Positions 26,301 through 34,203 of a stretch of DNA of 64,000 nucleotides are shown here, piece after piece; positions within the stretch are counted from its first letter, which is position 1; each line of letters starts with the position of its first letter. Position numbers and translations under genes: made by a program. Origin of the DNA: Oscillospiraceae bacterium (GTDB lineage Bacteria; Bacillota; Clostridia; Oscillospirales; CAG-272). The stretch covers positions 5,120 through 69,119 of the forward strand of contig SVTF01000006.1 in the NCBI GenBank assembly GCA_015063905.1, read 5' to 3'. Under the pieces are notes generated by a model, which saw only the letters and a list, made by a program, of their open reading frames with translations, was not told the origin of the DNA and searched no databases.

Positions 26301-29300
26301 CCGGGTGCGGAGTAATAGTTTACGTCAGCGGAAACAGTTCTGCTGTCGGTAAGTCCGCAAACCTCATTGGAGCACTTATAGGTGTAGGTGTTGCCGTCCT
26401 TTGTAAGAACCATTCTATGCTCAATACAAGTACCGTCTGAATTACGGACCATATCGTTGCTTAAAGAATTCCAGGTTGTGAAAAGAACCTCTTCGCCTTC
26501 GCCTACAACGGATTCTATTGCGGTCCAGTCATCGCAGATAGCAAAGTATGCAACGTCCAGATACCAAGGCTTTTCGGGATCGGTAATGTAGGCGTTTTCA
26601 TAGCCCGATGCGCTATTGTTGGTCTGCAACCACATTGTTGCGGAGGTGTTGCTTCCAACTGTATAATAATTCTTGCCACCCGCCTGTGAAAGATCTATAA
26701 CGTACGTTGTCCACTCGGAGAAATCCGCTTGTCTGTACATTGTATCTGCAACAGCATCGTTAGCAGCATTGGATCCGTTGACTACTCCAAGCGATATACG
26801 CTTGACCATGGGAGATCTGAGTCTGAGAACGGCATAACGTCCCGACTTAGCCACGGTGTTGGAATAAGGACTGCTTGTCGTCGTGTCTGCCTTAAGATAC
26901 ATAGAAGCGCCCGTATGTCCAAAGCCGTATCTTGCGTAGAATCCGTCGCCGTCATTCATAAGAATGGTATAACCATTGCTCTTAACAAACGCGGATTGCG
27001 TGTAGCTCGATGCAACCCACTTAGGCGTTGCGAGACCGGGAGCCGCATAGAAGTTGACTTGACCTTCTGCTGTGCCGAGGGTAGGTGTTGTTACACTGTG
27101 AACCACGTCGCCGCAGGCTTCACACTTGTAGTTTACAGTATTGCCGCTTATAGAGATCGCGTGGTTGTTAAGCACACAGTCAACGGCAGTCTTGTTCTTA
27201 TCATGGTTGACAGTATCCCAGTTTGTATAGAGATAGGAAGTATCCTTGCCGATCACGTCAATGATCTCTGCGCAAGTGTCAACAACCGCAAAGTACGCAA
27301 TATCAACGTATTCGCCAAATCTAACGCCGCCGGCACCATCACCGTACATGAATCCGTATACCGCCTTGGTAACGCTGGTATCCTGGGACTTGTATGTATT
27401 GATAGAAAGCTTTGCGAGATCTATAACGTAGATCGTCCACGCATTCTTCTCGAGAATGCTGTTTTCACGTCTTGCGACGTAGCTTCCGGGATTGGGGAGC
27501 GTACCGCCAGCATCCGCGGTACCCAGTCTCAATGACAAGCCTTGCTTGGCATTCGTTCTCATTTTAAGAATGAGGAATCTACCCGAACCGCCGTTAAGGG
27601 TAACGTGAGCAGTTCCGTCAATATGTCCTGCGCTGGTAAGCGGAATTGTTGCGCCACCATTGTTAATATTTATTCTCTGGAAGAGAGTTCCGGTAGCTTC
27701 GTCGTAAGATACACCCTGAGAAGATCCCGACCAAGCGTGGTTCACTTTTACTGTGCCGGGAGCTGTGTAAAGGTTGATCTCCTCGGTAAACACCTTGTTC
27801 TCTGTGAGAGTTGCCGTTGTAGTAGCTCCGCACTCGATACAGGTCTTTGTAGGCGCATCGTAGAAGTGAACGCCATCGGGGCATGTGGTGTTATCTCCGT
27901 CCGTTGTAAGATATGCATCGTAAGATCCGTTCTTCCAGTTTGTGCGGAGGAACGTTTCGTCGCCAACGATACTATATACCTCTTTCATGTCGTCACAGAT
28001 AGCAAAGTATGCAATATCTGTGTAACCGGGGCGGTAATCGGGGCCGTTAACGTCGCCCGCTACGGCTCCGTTGGTAGGGACAGAGTTTACGCCTGAGAAT
28101 GCCATTGTTGCGTCGATCATATCGATAGAAGCAAGATCCTTGCCGGCAAATGCCGCGTTGCCCATCTGAGCTACGTCGATAACGTAGATAGTCCAACCGT
28201 TGAAGACCTTCTGATTAGCGTAGATGTCACTATAATTCTCTCCGTTTCTCGAAGTCAGCGAGTTTGCTGTTGCTCCGGGTGCCGTAAATCCGAGATTGAA
28301 GATGTTGTGAAGATCTTTGTAAGTCCATTCGCCGTTAGAGCCAAGAGTTCCAACGTTAGCAGCTCCGGCTCTCATCTTGATAACTATGTAGTTACCCATG
28401 CCGCCGTTAAGCTTGTAGTCAGGAGTTTTGCTATGAGTCTGGGAGTTTCCTATGGTAGCCTGAGTTGCAGTACCGTTGGTGAACTCAAACTGACCGGACT
28501 GCCATGTGTAAATACGGCTATAGGTCGTTCCATCCTCATCGGTCTCATAAGACTGAATGAAGTAGTCCTTATTCAAAGAGCTCGTTGTTCCGCTGGTTGC
28601 CCAGTAGTTGTTGAACTGACCGGGAGCGGAATAATAGTTAATCTCGTCGTGTACAACACTGTTTACCTTGAATCCGCAGAACGTACATACAGGCTGAGAA
28701 TACTCAGATCCGTATTCAACGGGCTCGTAGTGCATAAAGTGCTTACACGTTGCCTGGCTTACTGCGGGGCCGACGTTAGCGTTGGTCCAGTAGTAGTAGT
28801 TGTACATAGCGAGCGCAAGCTCGTATGTGTCAGCATCTGCCTTGAGAGCAGACAAGCAATTGAGTACGCTTGCTCCGGAAACGTCGATAGCCTTAACACC
28901 GTTAACGTTTACAACGAGGTCAGCAGAGTGATCCGTTGCAAAGCCGGTTGTGGATATGTAGTTTCCGCCAACGTACCATCTGCCGTCCTCACCCTGCTTA
29001 CCGGAGTGAGACTCGGTGGTTCCGTTCCAAACGTAAGAGAGACGAAGCTCAACGCTGTCCTCAAGCACGATCTCGATCTTGGGATCGGAGATGAGGCTTG
29101 CAAACTCGTCAACCACTGTAGCAGTAGGCTTGTTGTTTGCGGAAAGCTTAGAGTCCATACCGATTATCGGGTTGGTGTCTCTCTTGTAGATACCGTCATT
29201 CACTACGACCGTGTTGATGAATGACATACCTTGTGACTTAAAGTACTCATTTGCGTACTGTCCGTAGTTAAGAACCGCTTTAATAGCTCTTGCGTCTCTT

Positions 29301-29737
29301 TCGGTAGCACTACCGGAATTGAGCAGAAGCTCAGCGTAGCTTCTTACGGAGAAGGTTTTTGTGTCACACGCGTTAAGTCCGCCGGATGTCTTGGGAGTAA
29401 CCTTAACGTCGTAACCCATTTCTGCCGCAGCAAGACGTACTCTCGCATAGTACATTCCTCTCGTCTCGTCATACACGAGGTCCACAGTTTCCGTGCGTTC
29501 CTCAGAGTATCCATCCATGACGACAACGTCTGCGGTTTTTACGTTCTCAGCGTTTTCGGGGGTAATCTCGTACCAGAAGAGCATGTTGATCTTACCGTCC
29601 GTGGTTACCTGAACACCCTTGAACGTAGCCGTGTCAGTAGCCAAAATGATAACAACTGCCGCGATCGCGATCAGAGCCGCAAGCACGATAGCCGTGATTA
29701 TCACTCTTGGCTTTTTGAAAATCGTTTTCGTGTTCAT
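23369..29737 (-). CDS. Giant secreted/surface modular protein 2 (2122 aa): signal/anchor helix, shared N-terminal domain, 7 repeat modules
   Basis: AAGGAG RBS; hydrophobic N-terminus; seven N(Y/L/F)(Y/F)xAPG...AY(F/L)A(I/V) repeats; paralog of 17137-22053. Confidence 0.88.
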   Translation of the reverse strand: MNTKTIFKKPRVIITAIVLAALIAIAAVVIILATDTATFKGVQVTTDGKINMLFWYEITPENAENVKTADVVVMDGYSEERTETVDLVYDETRGMYYARVRLAAAEMGYDVKVTPKTSGGLNACDTKTFSVRSYAELLLNSGSATERDARAIKAVLNYGQYANEYFKSQGMSFINTVVVNDGIYKRDTNPIIGMDSKLSANNKPTATVVDEFASLISDPKIEIVLEDSVELRLSYVWNGTTESHSGKQGEDGRWYVGGNYISTTGFATDHSADLVVNVNGVKAIDVSGASVLNCLSALKADADTYELALAMYNYYYWTNANVGPAVSQATCKHFMHYEPVEYGSEYSQPVCTFCGFKVNSVVHDEINYYSAPGQFNNYWATSGTTSSLNKDYFIQSYETDEDGTTYSRIYTWQSGQFEFTNGTATQATIGNSQTHSKTPDYKLNGGMGNYIVIKMRAGAANVGTLGSNGEWTYKDLHNIFNLGFTAPGATANSLTSRNGENYSDIYANQKVFNGWTIYVIDVAQMGNAAFAGKDLASIDMIDATMAFSGVNSVPTNGAVAGDVNGPDYRPGYTDIAYFAICDDMKEVYSIVGDETFLRTNWKNGSYDAYLTTDGDNTTCPDGVHFYDAPTKTCIECGATTTATLTENKVFTEEINLYTAPGTVKVNHAWSGSSQGVSYDEATGTLFQRININNGGATIPLTSAGHIDGTAHVTLNGGSGRFLILKMRTNAKQGLSLRLGTADAGGTLPNPGSYVARRENSILEKNAWTIYVIDLAKLSINTYKSQDTSVTKAVYGFMYGDGAGGVRFGEYVDIAYFAVVDTCAEIIDVIGKDTSYLYTNWDTVNHDKNKTAVDCVLNNHAISISGNTVNYKCEACGDVVHSVTTPTLGTAEGQVNFYAAPGLATPKWVASSYTQSAFVKSNGYTILMNDGDGFYARYGFGHTGASMYLKADTTTSSPYSNTVAKSGRYAVLRLRSPMVKRISLGVVNGSNAANDAVADTMYRQADFSEWTTYVIDLSQAGGKNYYTVGSNTSATMWLQTNNSASGYENAYITDPEKPWYLDVAYFAICDDWTAIESVVGEGEEVLFTTWNSLSNDMVRNSDGTCIEHRMVLTKDGNTYTYKCSNEVCGLTDSRTVSADVNYYSAPGQYHNFWGTYYKPMTGNNSEGQGYGAGYGVTGVNDYDAIEKQTFTRVYLNVGSQFEFTNGTSVPSSQSTLPEDTINGGMGRYIVLKARLHNVNQMSIGLGTGTLKAESNMKTRVNIATDVWITYVIDISKYNAAPFKVDETVQKVAASIQTKGGNTAGAYVDVAYFAICSDWDEIINVVGETEEVNYFTDFASGTPTTIVGGECTGDHTYVTVSTATEYSIECDICGTVKETHVIDDSINYYSAPGQAIQHYNSTPSLVIDDVDAGFAYTRINFSKSGSVRLHNQSSTNTMAVADDPIKGAGRYAVMKVRLGGTSLGQLKIGLYDGADTMPLYTTTVKTDGVVTGYTFGGPHTDILFDGASHVRGLTVQPIGEWVIYVVDLSTMTYTDTYFDSANPPTQNGDGTWNLNQRSYTFYDYTNDDLTNISVGLKIQNGAGAKETDYVDLAYFAIVDDWTEVSKVVGTDNTQIMYAANWSNADNDEYRNADGSCAEHRLSAPVITTNGNGDTVYTYTCRNANCGETYEVVSPAGVNYFSAPGQIVNNWGTANMPSLGGSCSVSNSLEGKKNALSYISAEEDMVYTQVNVYQGASFFMANGSVAAGTHTETTVDDSIDGMGKYIVLKMRNINNIKVGMGFETDTGKKIAWNSGEFRMNTADILSEEFVTYVIDVSGYVDPSATKIRFIIRSNEMEAVADARVDVAYLAIVDSWEEVKAVVGGGEEIIYTTNFNDETTGYKTTVMDASINYYSAPGQVITHYNTTNTLVSDGENGYTHIYFKESGSLRLHNNFNTTKMHIADDTISGGPGKMIVMKMYIGSKNLGRLKLGLYDGASELDWYSAPTETSAGNPNTDRFFDIASHVRTITDDMVGKWITVVVELDSLTRTSNNKLWYDLSNADMSTMSVGLKVANGIKGGEGRTGVLEDDYINLAYFAIVDNWTEVQTVVGTDTDVTYASKWSDSTVDVTKTAADIQALVDAEAAQ

Positions 29738-29848
29738 GATTTTCTCCTTGTAATATTTTTATTGCGGGGGCAAATAAATACAAATAAAATTTCACCGTGT
29801 CTCTCGGTCGCATGGGACACCTCGAGATTTTATTTCTATAGTATATAT

Positions 29849-29877
29849 ATTATAGCACCCACCCCCTCCTTTGTCAA
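29849..29877 (-). promoter_or_regulatory. Perfect-consensus sigma-A promoter of giant protein 2
   Basis: TTGACA-N17-TATAAT with extended TG on the minus strand. Confidence 0.8.
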
Positions 29878-30081
29878 GCATTTTTTGCAAGATAAACCGC
29901 CTTTTCGTTCGTCATTTTTAACGAATTATCGACCAAAATTTGTTAATTATCCACAAAAATCGTCGTTTATTATCACTTGCTTAACTTTTTTTGGGGCGCA
30001 AATCTCAAGCGGCAGTGCTGTAAACCCAAGAAAGCGGTGACACAAACGCCAAAAAACGCCATCAAAGTTCTCAAATAACAT

Positions 30082-30107
30082 GGGCGGGAAGCAAAAGCCT
30101 CCCGCCC
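30082..30107. terminator. GC-rich hairpin, probable terminator for the rsmF-like gene
   Basis: GGGCGGGAAGC-AAAA-GCCTCCCGCCC. Confidence 0.55.
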
Positions 30108-30345
30108 TTTAAGCGTTAGCAAATTGTTTACTTTCAATAGCAAAAACCGCAGATCAGTAAGCGTGCATAGTTCGCGCGATCCCCTACACTTTAAGCGTCA
30201 GCAAATCGTCTACTCTCAATAGCAAATTCACAGATCAACAAACGAGTGCAGGCAGCGTGACACACCACCTTTCACACGTTAGTCAAATCACCGCGCTCAG
30301 CAGCTAAAATCGCAGATCAGCTAACACGCATAGACTGCGCGGCGC
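30107..30345. repeat. Three degenerate tandem repeats of about 80-82 bp
   Basis: Units start at 30107, 30189 and 30269 (CTTTAAGCGTTAGCAAAT / CTTTAAGCGTCAGCAAAT / CTTTCACACGTTAGTCAAAT), each containing CAGATCA. Confidence 0.7.
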
Positions 30346-30355
30346 TTCATCAAAA

Positions 30356-32122
30356 TCATCCTATCCGCTTGTTTCGCAAGCCCTTCGGATAATGGTTTTT
30401 AAGCACTCCGTCCGAAAGTACAGTCACACCGGCTAAAGACTCAAGCTCACCCAAAGCAGTATCTTTGTCCGTTAAGTCCTCACCGTTTTTCATCTCTACG
30501 GCGGTGCAACCACTCGCATTTCCACCATCACACTCATAGCCGCCCGCCAAGCCGGCAACAGATTTGTTGGCACCAACAACACAACCGCTAACCTTTCCGC
30601 CGCCGCACGCACATCCGCCGATGATAACAGCCGCCCAGCCATTTTCTGAGCCCGTAGGCGCGCAATAAGTGTCAGCCGAGCAGTGTTGCGAAACCGTTTG
30701 CGTACAAAGCTCGCCCAAACCGGCGTCATTCAGATACTCGACGTCCGAAAGTCGCAGCTCCTCTCCATAGAGATATTCGCGTGCACGTGCGCAGGTATTG
30801 GATATCAAGAGTCTTCGCTTAAAATCCATTCCATACGCGGAAAACAGCTGATGATGCGGAACAAATCTCCCCTTTATCGCTTCTCCCACGCAAACGCCGG
30901 GTGCTACGACTCCAAAATCCAACAGCTCGATCGACGGAGCAAGCCAGAGCTTGCCACCAAAAACTCGAAGCTCACCGCGAGGCATAGAATTCAGGTTTTC
31001 TTTCAAAAAAGCCTCGCCAAGCTCAAATAATTCAACACCTTGTTTATTTTGCGATGATTTGTTTGTTTTTTCACCTTTGTTTGAGCGTTTTTTGCTTGTA
31101 TTTTTGCTGATTTTTTCGTCATTTTCGTTCAAAATCGTTAGCCGCTTATCATAAAGGTCCGCTTCGTTTCTATCACAGTTACACTTGCGAAATAGCGCAA
31201 TAAACTGCCCCTCACCGCGTGAAACGTGCGGATAAAAGCGTCTTGTTTTTGTCATATCATGCTCACAGTTTTCAAGCGTAACACCATCAGACGTTATCAT
31301 TTTGAGCCTCTCGGAAACGTCTATAAGCTCAAATTCGGGGTAATTATCAAGCAACCAAGCAACGTTTTCCTCGTTTTCCTCCGTGGCAAACGTACACGTG
31401 GAATAAAGGAGCATGCCTCCGCGTTTAACGCATCGAGCAACGTTTGCGAGTATTTCTCTCTGCCTTTCAGCACACATTTTCACGTTTTCAATGCTCCATT
31501 CAAGTATCGCCTGCTCATTTTTTCGAAACATTCCCTCTCCCGAGCAAGGCGCATCACATAGCACAAGATCAAAATGCTCGGGGTATGCGCCGGATAACGT
31601 TGATGTGTCAACGTTTAAAATCACAGTGTTTTTACATCCTAAACGCTCGACGTTGCTCTGCAATATTCTGGCGCGTGAAGCATCGTATTCATTCGCGACA
31701 ACGACGCCTTCGGTGCCAACAGCCGCAGATAGCTGCGTCGTTTTACCTCCAGGTGCCGCGCAGCTATCCAGCACCGTCATTCCCGCGGAAAGCTCCACGG
31801 CAAGCACAGTCGACATAGCGGAAGGATCCTGCATATATATAGCGCCTGAATGATGCTCCGCAAGGCTTCCCGGGTATTTTTCATTTGTATAATAAGCATT
31901 TTGAACACATTTCATCGCCGTTCGGCCAATTACCGCACCGCTTGCCTCAAAGGCATCGGCAACACATGTCACATCATCGCCAACGCGGTCATCGCATCCA
32001 ACCTTTATGCTATTTACGCGAAAAGCCTTGACAGCCTCGCCGTTTTCGATCTCATCAAAAAGCTTCTCGGCTTCATGTCCAAGAAGCCTTGTCATTCGTT
32101 CCTTAAATTTCTTAGGTAACAT
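30356..32122 (-). CDS. rsmF: RsmF/RsmB (NOL1/NOP2/Sun) family rRNA m5C methyltransferase
   Basis: YMQDPSAM, LDSCAAPGGKT, DAPCSGEGMFRK, YSTCTF, C-terminal LKNHYPKGLR. Confidence 0.88.
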   Translation of the reverse strand: MLPKKFKERMTRLLGHEAEKLFDEIENGEAVKAFRVNSIKVGCDDRVGDDVTCVADAFEASGAVIGRTAMKCVQNAYYTNEKYPGSLAEHHSGAIYMQDPSAMSTVLAVELSAGMTVLDSCAAPGGKTTQLSAAVGTEGVVVANEYDASRARILQSNVERLGCKNTVILNVDTSTLSGAYPEHFDLVLCDAPCSGEGMFRKNEQAILEWSIENVKMCAERQREILANVARCVKRGGMLLYSTCTFATEENEENVAWLLDNYPEFELIDVSERLKMITSDGVTLENCEHDMTKTRRFYPHVSRGEGQFIALFRKCNCDRNEADLYDKRLTILNENDEKISKNTSKKRSNKGEKTNKSSQNKQGVELFELGEAFLKENLNSMPRGELRVFGGKLWLAPSIELLDFGVVAPGVCVGEAIKGRFVPHHQLFSAYGMDFKRRLLISNTCARAREYLYGEELRLSDVEYLNDAGLGELCTQTVSQHCSADTYCAPTGSENGWAAVIIGGCACGGGKVSGCVVGANKSVAGLAGGYECDGGNASGCTAVEMKNGEDLTDKDTALGELESLAGVTVLSDGVLKNHYPKGLRNKRIG

Positions 32123-32154
32123 CTACTCTCCAAATTAAACGTTGATTAGTCAAC

Positions 32155-32814
32155 TTATTTTGCGATATTTAAAAGCTCTGCAAGTCTATTATAAAGCTGC
32201 CGCGCGTCATCGGCGAAAATTTTAGCTCCCGCCGTTTCCAGAGCTTCTTTTGAATCATAGCCCCACGTCAATGCAACACAAGGGATACCTGCGTTTTTAG
32301 CCGTCTCAACATCAACGTGAGAATCGCCAACAAACACCGCTACATCGCATGAAACCTCTCTTATCACGTCAAGTGTCTTAGATGGATCGGGCTTTCGCGC
32401 CGCGCCATTATAATCTCCGATTACACGAGAAAATTTTCCGGGGAAGAATCTGTCGCAGAGGTCAACCGAAATATCATGCAGCTTATTAGTCACTACCGCG
32501 CACTCTATCCCATTGCTGACAAGCTTTTCCAAGCACTCATTTATACCTTCATATACATATGTTCGCACCGCATAATTTTTAGAATAATATTCCGTGTATT
32601 TCGATATACATTCTCCAAGCAATCCATCGTCAAAGCAATCGCCGAGGGCTCTCTGTAGCATTTTTTTGGTGCCGTTTCCTATAAACGTTCTGACCTCTCC
32701 CATCGTCCGCTTTGGTCTTCCAACCGATTCCACAGCGAAATTGACCGCGTCACAAAGATCGCCCAAGGTGTCAAGCAGCGTTCCGTCAAGATCAAAAATC
32801 ACAAGCTTTTTCAT
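32155..32814 (-). CDS. HAD-superfamily hydrolase (phosphoglycolate phosphatase-like)
   Basis: FDLDGTLLDT, VVTNK, KPDP, VGDSHVD. Confidence 0.9.
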   Translation of the reverse strand: MKKLVIFDLDGTLLDTLGDLCDAVNFAVESVGRPKRTMGEVRTFIGNGTKKMLQRALGDCFDDGLLGECISKYTEYYSKNYAVRTYVYEGINECLEKLVSNGIECAVVTNKLHDISVDLCDRFFPGKFSRVIGDYNGAARKPDPSKTLDVIREVSCDVAVFVGDSHVDVETAKNAGIPCVALTWGYDSKEALETAGAKIFADDARQLYNRLAELLNIAK

Positions 32815-32916
32815 TTCACACGCTCCTATGTCATTAACAGAGTAATTTTACAACTTTTTTCGCGTCTTGTCAACCGATAACAAAAAATAACGCGGCACGC
32901 CGCGTTATCTTTCCGT

Positions 32917-33297
32917 TTATTTCATCAATTCGTCAGTCAGACGTAATATCTCGGGCGCAACCTTCTTTCTCTGCGCCTTAACGATGGCAGAGTAGATGGG
33001 ATACGCCAGCGAAACTATGGCAATGCCAACAATGCCAACCGCGACGCCATAGATAAAGTATTCATAAGGTCCTACCATACATATAGACATTCCGCCGCCC
33101 ATGATAATGGTGCCAATTGTACCGATAGCTATTGACCAAGCCGTTCCTTTCCGGGTCACGCTTTTGTCAAGACGGCGCAGTCTTTCCATCTTGTCCTCAG
33201 AGGGAGGCGCGTATTTATCGCGTATCTTTTTGATCTCCGACTGCTCGCGCGCCGAATAAGTATAGGAAAAATTGTTATTCTGATTGTTGTTGTCCAT
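32917..33297 (-). CDS. Small two-TM hypothetical membrane protein
   Basis: 126-aa ORF with RBS; two hydrophobic helices; last gene of the TCS cassette. Confidence 0.7.
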   Translation of the reverse strand: MDNNNQNNNFSYTYSAREQSEIKKIRDKYAPPSEDKMERLRRLDKSVTRKGTAWSIAIGTIGTIIMGGGMSICMVGPYEYFIYGVAVGIVGIAIVSLAYPIYSAIVKAQRKKVAPEILRLTDELMK

Positions 33298-33311
33298 ATT
33301 ATCTCCGTTTT

Positions 33312-34202
33312 TTACTGTAGAGGATTTTTATTGTCAAACGTTTTAATCTGCTTTGTCGATCTAACTATCATGGATATTGCCAGAGCCAGAACAACAGCAA
33401 CCACTGCCGCCCCCGACAGGCCTCCCATCAATTGTCTGAACCCATCGCCCTCAGCCTGCCCGAACGTCGCGAGCATCGCATCTTCAAGCGTCAGCATAGA
33501 TACGAGAGCCGACACAAAGCTTATAGCCTTGGACGCGGAAAAAACCGGGCTATGATATTTTCTGTACTTAACGATATTCACTATTGCAACGGTCATGGTT
33601 GTAAAAGTAAACGCAGCAAGCATTATAGTCATTATTTCGCCGTTTACCGTAGTTTTGGAATAGGCGGTAACGTAGGCAATAATGACAACAAACGCGAGGT
33701 TCATAAGGACAAGCCCTATTCCGCACATTCGGTATATCAGCACCTCGCGGAACTGCTTTTCGCCCGGGGCAAACTTCATCGTGTGATTCAGCAGGCACGC
33801 TTTCATAAAGGCAAGCAAAAAGTAATATGCAGCAAGCGAGTAAAACCACGCGGAGTTATTATATATACCGAGCGCCAGCTGAAACACAGAATATAAAGCG
33901 TTATAAGCAAGCGTTCCGCCAAGAGACAGCTTGATTTTCAGATGAGCATCGCCTTTTAGCTTTGACGCGTATTTATTGTTCTCAATAAACTTCTTTATCC
34001 ACTTGATCATATTGGGGATCCTGAAGCACACGATCATAAGCGTATATGCCGAAATGACGTAGGATATATAATTTACAGCATCATTGTCGGGAACAAAGAC
34101 AAAGGCATATACCAAAAGAGCAACGGCGACAGGACACAAAAGGAACACTATGGGTAAATAAGGATAGGCTATAGCCTTAAGTATTTTTTTGAATTTTTCC
34201 AC
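33312..34202 (-). CDS. Hypothetical multi-pass membrane protein
   Basis: About 8 hydrophobic segments; GTG start 1 nt after the kinase stop. Confidence 0.7.
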   Translation of the reverse strand: MEKFKKILKAIAYPYLPIVFLLCPVAVALLVYAFVFVPDNDAVNYISYVISAYTLMIVCFRIPNMIKWIKKFIENNKYASKLKGDAHLKIKLSLGGTLAYNALYSVFQLALGIYNNSAWFYSLAAYYFLLAFMKACLLNHTMKFAPGEKQFREVLIYRMCGIGLVLMNLAFVVIIAYVTAYSKTTVNGEIMTIMLAAFTFTTMTVAIVNIVKYRKYHSPVFSASKAISFVSALVSMLTLEDAMLATFGQAEGDGFRQLMGGLSGAAVVAVVLALAISMIVRSTKQIKTFDNKNPLQ

Positions 34203-34203
34203 C

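Noticed and set aside
17137-29737. Cellulosomal scaffoldin, S-layer (SLH), sortase-anchored or multiheme protein
   Set aside because: No cohesin/dockerin, SLH, LPxTG or CxxCH motifs were recognised in either giant protein.
30107-30345. CRISPR array
   Set aside because: Only three degenerate units, similarity spread along the unit, no identical repeats with unique spacers, and no cas genes.
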